Shown here in pieces: positions 36,926 to 47,871 of a DNA stretch of 64,000 nucleotides; positions within the stretch are counted from its first letter, which is position 1; each line of letters starts with the position of its first letter. The notes under the pieces are model-generated. The model was not told the origin of the DNA and did no database searches. It saw nothing but the letters and a program-made list of their open reading frames with translations. Origin of the DNA: Callorhinchus milii (taxonomy: Eukaryota); assembly GCF_018977255.1 (NCBI RefSeq), contig NW_024704742.1:84508001-84572000 (forward strand), in the 5' to 3' direction. Both the position numbers and the translations under genes were made by a program.

Positions 36926-37264
36926 ACGCTATATAAATGCAATTTGTTGTTTCTGTTGCATTTATATAGCATCGTTGACATGAAAGAGCTACATAAGCGT
37001 AAACTGGACTGTAATTGTATGGCATAAAAAAGACACGGTGAATAACTGAGTCAAATAGCAGTATTTCATCAAACAAAAAGGCCATCGCTTTTTTATAAAA
37101 CAATAACAAAAAAAGGCCAACCTACTTCACACCGAATGAAAGCGATGCTAATTTTCTCTAAAACCATAAATAAAAGCTATCTACAAAGTCTAAGAGTGTG
37201 TTAAACATCCAATGGGAGCTTTGGGTAGCTGTATTCACCCAAATCTCTCTCTTGTTCAATCAGT

Positions 37265-37590
37265 GGAGTCCTGTAGCTCAGTGGTTAGAGCATTCGCTTT
37301 GCAAGTGAGAGACCTGAGTTCAATTCCAGGCAGAGGGCGAAACCTTGGGCAAGTTTCCTTACTCCACACAGAGCCTAATAATAATCCCTTCAAAACCAAA
37401 AACAATAATAAATTGGTCATTTTCAATCCACGACTGTGTGGGACATTGCTGTGCGCAATTGGCTGCCGCGTTCGCCCACAAATATACAGTCAATTCACTT
37501 TACAGTGTGTTCTGTGAAGCGCTTTGGGACGTCCTCCCGACGTGAAAAGCGCTATATCAAATGCAAGGATTATTATTATTATTATTATTA
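37265..37590 (+). mobile_element. Young full-length tRNA SINE; TSD agtggag
   Basis: A and B boxes, intact CpGs, well-formed 3' stem-loop, (ATT)n. agtggag at 37262-37268 and 37590-37596. Confidence 0.95.
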
Positions 37591-38529
37591 GTGGAGAGAC
37601 TGGCTGTTCCACAGGTAACACACCAGCAACATTGAGTTCTCTCCACCCCACCCCAGCCTACTGGTGCAATGTCACCTGTAGATTTACCAACAACCTCTGT
37701 GCCTGCAATGTTCAGCCAGATGTTTATTCAAAAGGTGAAATGGGGGCCATTGCAACCCCTTCACTTGCCCAGTGTACATTTGTAAGGATTTGTCTTTAAC
37801 CTGTACTTCTTGCTAACTACACTCCTTACCTCTGTGGTATTCTGTGTACCACCCAACAACAATTTGCATTTATAATGCGTGCTTCATACAGGCTAGCGTC
37901 CCAGAACCCAATCACTGTCTCGCCGACTACCTTGCTTGTACCCTTATCTGAGTATTTAGTTGTGAGTCGCTCTGCAGGAACTCATCTGGGTCTGTGGTGC
38001 AGGGTACCAACATCGCTTCCTGCTGCTCCCATTAAACCCCCTGCTATGTGATCTTATTTGCTCCTATTGAAAAGCAGTGAACTGTGTCTTTGCATGAGGT
38101 GGGAAACAGTTCATCTTCAGTCAGTATGATCTGCAGGAAACGGTTGTCGAGAGCCTTCACCTAATCTCTGCTCATTGTTCTACATTCGAGCAGGGAGGTC
38201 GTTTTGATAAACAAGCCTACCTCCCATGGGATTTGACACCTGCCTTCTCTACTGAAATACAACATATCATGTTTCTTTGCAGTCAAGCAAGCTTCTTTTG
38301 TGGTCAAAAGGAGAGGATAGTTACTGATCTGTCACTGATACACCTCCAAGATACAGCAAGCGGCAAGATATAGGAAACACAAAAACCACAATCATGTTTA
38401 CACTGGGGGAAAAATGGCACCAAGTTAGTGTAGTTGTTAGAAAATATTAATAATAATTCTTATGTGTTTATATGCTGGTACAGTACCTTTCACATCAGGA
38501 GGACGTCCCAAAGCTCTTCAAAGGATACG

Positions 38530-39030
38530 CCAGGCAGGGCGAAACCTTGGGCAAGTTTTCTTACTCCACACGCCTAATAATAATCCCTCCAAAAACCCAA
38601 ACCAATAATAAATTGGTCATTTTCAATCTACGACTGTTTGTGGGACATTGCTATGCACGATTGACTGCCGCGTTTGCCCACAAATATACAGTCAATTCAC
38701 TTTACAGTGTGTTCTGTGAAGCGCTTTGGGACGTCCTCCCGACGTGAAAAGCGCTATATCAAATGCAAGGATTATTATTATTATTATTATTATTACTCTG
38801 TAAAATGTAGTGATTGTGTGTTTTGTGGGCAAACGTGGCAGCCAATTGGCACACAGCAATGTCCCACAAACAACCATGATATGAATGAACAATTGTATTT
38901 GGGGATTGTTGACCAGAATACTGAAAGACACTGCCTTCTCTTTTCCAATAATGCCGAGGAATCTTTAACATGCACCTGAACAGGAGTTTAGCATCTCACC
39001 TGACAGGGGGCACCTCCAACAATGCAGTAG
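38530..39030. mobile_element. Young SINE (+, 38530-38795) tail-to-tail with an older Deu-SINE (-, 38797-39030)
   Basis: Both bodies carry the tgtttgtgggacattgct motif, in opposite orientation. Confidence 0.85.
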
Positions 39031-41404
39031 AGCACCATCACTGTACAATTACAATTACAATGCCAGCATTGGAACTGTTTGAATCCCATGAGCAGAAGAC
39101 AGCGCAGAAAGTTAGGAATCGGGCGTCTTTTTTTTATTTAAAATTTTTCAGAGTCGGACCCAGTTCAGCTAGGTTGGAATTCCGGATACCCGGAGTCCAG
39201 TAAGCCAGAGGTTTACCACTTGTGAGTTCCAAGTCCCGACATAGGGTTTGACCCACAACCTTCTGACTCAGAGGCAAGAGTGTTACCACTGTGCCAGTCT
39301 GACACACAGGAAAGAGAAAGGTGCAACAAAGCATTTGGAAATATAATGCTTGTTTGTGCACAGTGTCATGAATTGTATGAATATTAATTTTTATATAAAC
39401 TAAAATCATAGAAATTACAGCACAGGCCATCATTCAGCCCATTGAACCTGTCCTGATGCCATTTCCCCCATTTGCAGATATATATTCTAAATCCTAATTT
39501 CTTCTGTCCCTTTTATATTGTTTCCTTTTCAAATACTCATCCACTTCCAGTCTAAATGTTGTGAAGGTGGTAGCTTCAATAACCACTTGTGGTGAAACAC
39601 TAATGCAATCCCACATTGAAACGTTTACAGTGTATCAGATGTAAGAGCTGCCACAGTGCAAACATTCCCCAGGAACTAAGATGGGGAGTTGCCTCTTGAG
39701 TGTTCAGGACAGGCTGTTTGTAACTGTCTCCAGAATTGAATTATCTGAATTAGTGAAGATGTTTTTATCCTGAGCCGGACAGTTGCCAGTTGGAACTTCC
39801 GATGAGTAGTTCAACAAGCGTCTTTTCAGAATATCTTCTGGCCAACTTTCCCTCTGAGGCTCCCTGCCCCACTGGATTGCTTTCTGTCGCTCTACATTAC
39901 ACTGTCTGCAAGATACAACTCAGCTGACCAGCACTTCACATTACAACAATGACGACAACAACATTTGCATTTACTTAGGATAACGTCTCAGAGGACTTCA
40001 CAGAGAAGGTGTCGGACAATGAGTAAGGGAGGAAAAGGATGGGAGAGGTGATTATAGGTGCAGTTGAAGAGATAGGTGTTTAGGTAGGATTTAAAGACCG
40101 TGGGGGGTAGAGGGAGGGGGTTCCAGAGGTAAGGGGCACAGTTGTTCAAGTCAAAACCAATGATGGGATAGTTAGTGCAGTGAAGGGGGTACAGCAGGCC
40201 CAAGCTTACTGAATGATGAGCAGAAGAGTAGGATAGGAACAAAGTCACAAGCTCACTGTCCAACAAGGCTCCTGAGTAGATTAGTTGCGATTAAAGGAAT
40301 TACCACAACAAAAAGTAATAATCCTTGTATTTGATACAGCACCTAATCACATCATCGAGACATCTCAAAGGGTTTCACATGATTTTCTGTGAAGTGCAGT
40401 GACTATGTGTTCGTGGACCAATATCCCACTATCAGGATCAAATGACCAACAGGAACTGGTACCCCCATAAAGACTATTAAGGCTGATGGGTAGTTGTAAT
40501 AGCAATCTTTCCATTTGATACAGAACCTTATCTCAAATTGCTTCACAGGATTTTCTGTAAAAAATATGTGTATTTTGTGGTAAGTTACAACTTGTTTTCT
40601 TTAAGAGAAATGACTTCACCTGTCTTCGATGCTGTGGCTCAGCCCTAATCGCCCGTTTCTCATTGAGGGACAATGCTGTGGCTTACTCTAAAAGGCAAAA
40701 TCTTTGGAGGCCACAACAGTGCCTGTTCACACGTCGTCCCCTGTGTAATTTAAAGGAGCAGGCCATCCCAAACCTGAAATATTGCAGTATGGCCTATGTC
40801 GCATTTCCACAAGAAAATCCACACAACTACATGAGTTTTACGGTATGTTGTTTTCAGTCTTATTCCTGCTGATTACAAAAGGCCTCCTCAGTGGGTTTTA
40901 CAGTGAAAATGTCAATGTTTGGAAAAATCATCTGCTTATTTTAGTTCTAAATCATTGTCATCATTTTACAGTAACAGCTGCACAGGAAGTGGAGTCTTCA
41001 GAGGGTCAAGGCTCACTGAAGCGTGACATTTAGCAATGTTATGGGGATAGTCTGGTTTTGCATTGCTCAGTTGTGTCTGGCCCAGGAATCAGAGAAGATA
41101 AAAAATTCCAAACCTCAGGCCTGAGTTGCCACATGGCCTAATGACTAAAGGCACCACTGAGGACAACACAAAGTTGATAACAACAACAAGAACAACAAGA
41201 ACTTGCACTTATATAGTACCCTCCATGCAGGGTAGCGTCTCAGAGCACTTAACAGTGGCAGAGCCTGACTCTGAAGTAAGGGAAGGGGGGAGGTAGCCAT
41301 AAGCATGGTCACCTCCCTCAGTGGTTGGAGAGCTACTTTAGCAACCATGGGTTATGGAGGAAACAAATAGCCAAGGTTCCTGCTCCTGATCTCTATTGCT
41401 TTAT

Positions 41405-41705
41405 AATAATGATCCTTATATTGCACGTCGCATCAGGATGACATCTCAAAGCACTTCACAGGACTCACTATGAAGTGTAATGACTATTTTTGTAGGTGAA
41501 TGTGGAAGCCCTTTGCACCCAGCAATGTCCCATAAACAGCCATGAAGCGAATGATCGATTTTATGTGGGAGATTGTCAGCCAAGCCACCAGGAGAAACTC
41601 CCTTCTTTTTTCAAATAAAGCCTTCAATCTTTAACATTCACATGAACAGACAGACCTCAGTTTAAAGTCTCATCCAATGGACAGTATCTCCAACAATGCA
41701 ATGGA
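41405..41705 (-). mobile_element. Older Deu-SINE
   Basis: cagcaatgtcccataaacagccatg, ggagaaactcccttc and tctttaacattcac. Confidence 0.75.
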
Positions 41706-43551
41706 GAGATACTGCAACTTTAATTGACTTAACCTATTGATTCTATTGGAGTTTGAATCGTGTATGTGTTTATTTGATGGCACTGGCCTCCACTTTGAGC
41801 CACATCTATATATTTGGTTTCTTAAGCAAATGGCTCTTGCATACATTAGTGTATTTGTAGCATGTCTCATTGCTCCTAAAATCCCACTCCTGGTTAGGTG
41901 TCATTTATAAGGAAAAGCACTGGAGAAGTGATATTTATTCGACATGAACCACAATGAAGCTCGTGGTAACCGAGCTCCTAGCTGCAAGTGTAAAATAGAA
42001 GAGAATAGAATTGCAGGCAGCTGACGTCATTGCTCTCCCACTGAAAGGTACACCTACTCATCAGGTAACAAGTAATTAAATCCTCTGCAGAAAGCAGCAG
42101 ACAAATTAATCAGGGGGAAAAGCATTGAAGAACGAATTAGCTGTACAAAAAAGTAGAGTAAATTAATACACTTTGGGATAGCATTACTACATAGAGGCCA
42201 TGAATGTGTTGGAATGTACCATTAACACAGAAGCAGAATAGTGCTGCGTAACCGCTGCTATTCTCCTGTCTGTGTGTCACATTCGATATGGCTGGCAGCT
42301 AGTTTTGCTTCCATTCATTGTTAATGGAGTAAGGTGATCTGACAAAGCTGATGGGTGGATAGGAATGACATCAAATTTGCCTTTTACAAATAGCAGAAAC
42401 ACTAGAAAAAAAAGCAAGATTAGACAGGTAAAAATGATGTCAAATGCCTGGAGGACAGTAAATATTATTTTAAAGGGACAGAGAATCAAGAGGAAGGAGA
42501 AACAGAACAAAGCAGGAATGACAAGGCTGGTACATTTTAAGAATGTTTATTTTTACATTACCTTTATTTGTATTTGTTTTGGTACTCTGGGGTTCATGTT
42601 TCAATAATAAACCTCTAGCTGATGTTTGAGTACCTTAATTACTAGAATATTAATGTTTCAGTAAACAACACTGAGCTAGCAATGCGCTGAACCAATCACT
42701 TCTGGGATAAACCTCCGGAGGCCTGCGAGCACTGTAAGAGTTTACACGATCACATGATTGAATCAGATAAACAAGACCTTTCGATCTCATCCTTCCAGAA
42801 ACTCACCATACTGACCTCCCATCTCTGCATCCTGACCCTTGACTGTCCAGCGCCTTGGGACGTCCTCCCTACGTGAAAGGCACTCTATAAATGTAATTTT
42901 GTTGTTATTGTTGCATCAAGTTGATTTTTTAAATAATTTTAAGCGCTCCGCGATGCTACCCCGGATGAAAGGTGTTATATAAATGCAAATCCTCATTTTT
43001 ATAAATGAGCCCAGTGTCCTGGCCTCAACCACCCTTCTTGGCGACCTGTTCGAGTTGTTTCATTCTTTCTCAGTCACACATCTGGTTCATAGATGCTAGT
43101 TGGGAACATTTTGACACCCTCACTCAAAGAAGACATAAGGGAAGGGGTTAGAACGTGTTTCACTTTCAGTTCTATCCTGAGGTTCTCATTAGGGAACAAT
43201 AATGGGCAGTTTTATGCATCCGAGCTGTGCTGCACCTAACCTTGGCATGGTGTTACCACTGTGCCAGTCATCAATGGGTGCAAGCAATGCCAAAACCTTC
43301 GAGTACTGAGGATTGAAATATTTACTAGAAGAAAAAAAACCTTAAGTCATGTCTCCCGCGATTCTCACGTTTGGAAAAAGATCAATGTGAAAATTCAAGG
43401 CAAATTGTGGATGTTAATGGATCAGTTTATTTCTCCATATAGATCATAATTTGCTGGAAAATTATCACGAGAAGAGGGATATCCAACCAGTTTGCATTCT
43501 GCGTAATTGTAGAGAAATGTTACATGACCTCATAGAGTTATAAACACTTCA

Positions 43552-43795
43552 TTATGAGAATGATACCAGGGATTAGGAATTTCAGTTATGTGGAGAGACA
43601 GACCAGAGAAACTTGGTTTGTTCTCCTTAGAACAGAGAGGTTGAGGGGAGATTTAGTAGAGGCGTTCAAAATTATGAGGGATTTTGAAAGAGTAAATAAG
43701 AAGAAACTGTTTCCACTGGCGGCTGGGTCGGTAACCAGAGAATATAGATTTAAGATAAGTGGCAAAAGAACCAGAGGGGAAATGAGGAGAAATTA
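43552..43795 (+). mobile_element. CR1 ORF2 C-terminal fragment
   Basis: RMIPGIRNFSYVER..RLRGDLVEAFKIMRDFERVNKKKLFPLA. Confidence 0.9.
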
Positions 43796-44359
43796 ATTTG
43801 AAGTTGATTTTTATTGGCGTTTCGTAGTATAAAATATGCCCTTTTGTAAATGCAGTCATGTGATCATAGTAAGGAGAAACGAACATCTGTTAATGTTCCT
43901 GTCAGCCTTATTTAATACAATGTCCCCAGAGAGTGCTGTGCAGTTCATTGCTCATCATCCAGTGCACTTTACTACCCTTCAGCTGCTATATAGTGCCGCT
44001 AACTTCTACATTATGGGATTAGGTTTCAACAGCTCAGAATGAAGCAAGTTGGTAAAACTGGTTCAAACATCGGTTAAATATACATTTGAAAAATAACTGC
44101 AGTCCACTATATTGCTTGTTTATCTCTGCTTTAACGTCTCAGTGCTCTAAGATGTTATCCTATGTGAAGGGCACTATTAAATACAAATTATTCTGAAACT
44201 AAATTTTATCCATTGTTTAAAACAATATTTTTCTTCCATGTTCTCCCTCCCTTTTTTAGAGGTTTGCACATGTAAGTGTTAGGTGAGGGCTTAGCTGTGA
44301 GTATCCCATTGTCAAATAATCTGTTGACACTCACTACCAAACTCACCAGACAGCTTGTG

Positions 44360-46965
44360 ACAACAACAACAACAAGATTACTTTTGTAAAGCGCCATTCA
44401 CGTCGGGAGGACGTCCCAAGGCACTGGACAGTGTACAGCATTTCAGACCCGAGCTGGGGTTAGGAGGGAAAGGGAGGGGAGGGGAAGGGGGGTGGCCGAT
44501 GGCATGGTCGAAGAGGAGGGTCTTGAGGTGGGACTTGAGGAGGCTAAGGAGGGGCCGAGGCGGAGTGACTACGGGATGGAATTCCAGAGGTTGGGGGAGA
44601 GTGACTGAAGGCTCTCCCACCAATGGTGCGGAGGGTGGGTCAGGGGACGTGAAGCAGGCCAGAGCCGGCTGAGCGGAGGGAACGGGTGGGTTGGTAGGGG
44701 TTAGGAGGTCGCAGAGGTAGGGTGGGGCGAGGCCATGGAGGGCTTTGTATGTGAGGACCAGGATCTTGAACTGGATCCTCTGAAGGATAGGGAACCAATA
44801 GAGTCGGGTGAGAGTGGGGGAAATGGGGTCACAGAGTTTGGTGCGGGAGAGGACACGGGCTGCAGAGTTCTGGATTATAGCAGCCTGTGGAGGGAGGAGT
44901 TGGGAAGGCCAACAAGCAGGGCGTTTGCATATGAAGGCATGAACAAGAGTTTCAGTGGCCTGAGGGGTGAGGTAGTGGCGGAGTCGGCGAGGTTACGGAG
45001 GTGAGGGAAGGCAGAGTGAGTCATGGTTTGGATGTGGGGAAGAAGACAGTTGAGGGTCGAACAAGACACCGAGGTTCCTGACTGGTTTGGTGAGTTGAAC
45101 CGTGCAACCATGGAGGTTGATGCTGCCAGAGCCTGAGGTGCAGAGGCGCTGACGTGAGCCAATCAGGAGGGCCTCAGTCTTGTTCACATTCAACTGTAGG
45201 AAATTTGCCTTCATCCAGGACTTGATGTCTGACAGACAGTCTGTCAGGACAGCAGTGGTCCTGGAGTTGAGGGTGGAGGCAGAAAGATAGAGTTGGGTGT
45301 CATCCGCATACATATGGAAGTTGATCCCATGTCTGCGGATGATGTCACCAATGGGGAGCATATAGATATTAAAGAGGAGAGGGCCAAGGACAGAGCCCTG
45401 GGGGACGCCAGATGTGACAGTGCGGGGGGCTGGAGGAGAAACAGTTAGAGGCAACGAAGTGGAGACGTTGAGAGAGATAGGAATCAAACCAGGCAAGGGC
45501 AGGTCCATGAAGATTGAGTAAAGCGGAGAGGCAGTGTATGAAGATGGAGTGGTCGACAGTATCGAAGGCGGCAGAGAGGTCGAGGAGGACAAGGAGGCAG
45601 AGGGAGCCCTGATCACAGATGTTCAGAATGTCATTAGTGACTTTGACCAGGGCTGTTTCCGTGCTGTGGGCAGCACGGAAGCCGGATTGGAGGGGTTCAA
45701 AGAGGGAATGGCGAAAGAGAAAGGAGTGGAGCTGGAATGCGACGACTTGTTCCAGGATCTTTGAGAAGACTGGGAGGTTAGAGGTGGGGTGGTAGCTGGA
45801 GAGGAGGGATGGAACCAGGGAAAGGTTTTTTCAGGATGGGGTTGATGACGGCTGTTTTTAGGGGGTGGGAACCGAATCTGTGGAGTGGGAGAGGTTGATG
45901 ACATCGGACAGAAGGGGGCCAGAAGGTGGAGCTGTGAGATGAGGGCAGAGGTGGGGATGGAATCAAGGGAGCAGGTGATGGGTTTGAGTTTGCAGACAGT
46001 CGTAGTGAGGGAGGAGGGAGAGATAGGGTCTAAGGAGTATAGGGGGGATGGGTGGGGGGTGGGTCATGAGGGAGAAGTGATGTGGGGTGGCTGTGGATGG
46101 GACAGAGTTGGCTGAACATATCCCCTTGATTTTGGATTTGAGGAAGTCCAGCATCTCTTCACATCTCTTGGCGTTTAAGGAGAGGATGGGCAAGGTATGG
46201 GAAGGTGGACAGAGGAGACGGTTTGTGGTGGAAAAGAGAAGCCTGGGGTTGTACTTTGCCTCCAAGATAACCTTGGAGTAGAAGGATTTGGCGGAGGCAA
46301 GAGCACAGCGGTAGGTCTTGGTGTGGTGAAGCCAAATCTGCCGATGGACCATTAGTTTGGATTTGGTCCAGGCGCGTTCGGCAGCTCGACCTTGTGCCTT
46401 GAGGGAACGGAGATGTCTGGTGTACCAGGGGGATGAGGCAGTTTGGGAGGTGAGGGGAGCAATGGAGTCCAGAATGGAGGAGAGGGAGTTGTGGAGAAAA
46501 GAGAGTGAGGAGGGGAGATCGGTCAGTGAGGGCCAGAGGTGTAGGAGTTCAGATGACTCCAGGGCAGTGGAGAGGGAGGACATTTTTTTCCATGGACTGT
46601 ATGTAATGGTGGAGGGTTGGGAAGGGGAAAGGGGTGCTGAGGTGTTGAGGGAGATGAAGTTGTGGTCCGAGATGGCTTTATCGACGATGGTGATGGCTGA
46701 GACGGTGAGGCCCCAGGTGATCACCAGGTCAAGGGGGTGTCCATGGTCGTGGGTGGGGGAGTGGTTGAGGAGGGAGAGGTTGAGGGAAGAGAGGAGGGAG
46801 GAGAAGTCGGCAGAAGTAGAGCAGGAGGGAGTGAAGTGGAGGTTGAAATCGTCTAAGATTATGAGGCATTCAGAGCAGAGGGAGAGGGAAGATAGGAGGT
46901 TGGAGATGTCCAAGAAGAAGGTGGGGGAAGGCTTGGGGGGAGGGTAAACAAGGCCGGTAAACAAG
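44360..46965 (-). mobile_element. Longest L2 copy (about 2.6 kb): APE endonuclease, RT and 3' tail; frameshifted, non-functional
   Basis: APE motifs VYPPP, IILDDFNLH, PTHDHGHPLDLV and ISDH; RT motifs [14 protein letters not shown] and [11 protein letters not shown]; (CAA)n tail at 44360. Confidence 0.97.
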
Positions 46966-46968
46966 GAG

Positions 46969-47871
46969 GAACAACAGCAACAAAATTACATTTGCAGAGT
47001 GTCTTTCACTTCGGGAGGATGTCCCAGAGCGCTGAACAGTCAAGTGTTGGGGCCCGAGCATGGGAGAGGGATGGTGTAGGGGTGAGAGAAGGCAGAGAGG
47101 TGGGAGGGTGACCGAAGGCACGGTCGAAGAAAAGGGTCTTGAGACCGGCCTTTAAAGATGCAAGGAAGGAAGCGAGGCGAAGGGACTGTGGGATGGAGTT
47201 CCAGAGTGTGGGGGCAAAGAGGCTGAAAGCCCGGCCACCGATGGTAGGGCGGGTCGGGCAGAGGACATGGAGTAGGCTGGAGCCTGATGAGCGGAGGGAG
47301 TGGGCAGGTTAGGGAGTCAGTAGGTCAGAGAGGTAGGATGGCCTTAAAGGAGAGGATGAGGATCTTGAACTCAATCCTCTGGGGGATGAGGAGCCAGTGG
47401 AGTCGGGCGAGAGTGGGAGTGATGGGGTCATGGAGCCTCGTGCATGAGAGTACATGAGCTGTAGAGTTTTGAATGATCTGCCGCTTGTGAAGGGAAGAGT
47501 TGGGAAGGCCGATGCGGAGGGAGTTTCCATAATCGAGCCTTGAGGTGACGAATGCGTGGGTGAGGGTTTTGGCAGCCTGTGGGGTGAGGCAGTGGCAGAG
47601 TCTGGCAATGTTGCAGAGGTGGTGGTAGACAGTGCTGGTCATGGCGCGGATGTGGGGGAGAAAGGACAGTTCAGGGTCAAACAAGACACCCAGGTTCCTG
47701 ACTGGCTTAGTGAGGTTGAATGTCCAGCCATGGAGGCTGATGCTGCCAGTGCCTGAGGTGCGGAGGCGCTGGCGCGAGCCAATCTGGAGGGCCTCGGTCT
47801 TGCTGACGTTGAGTTGGAGAAAGGTGGCCCTCATCTAGGACTTGATGTCGGACAGGCCGTCGGTCAGGACA
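46969..47871 (-). mobile_element. Second L2 (5'-truncated), in tandem with the 2.6-kb copy
   Basis: Has its own tail at 46969-47035; [29 protein letters not shown]. Confidence 0.95.

Noticed and set aside
46357..46947. Arg/Glu-rich + strand ORFs (also 12850, 54168 and similar)
   Set aside because: They are antisense frames of C-rich L2 sequence or a purine minisatellite.
45963..46964. 333-aa ORF as a host gene or active endonuclease
   Set aside because: It is the APE region of a frameshifted, 5'-truncated L2 with degenerate motifs (DDFN for GDFN).
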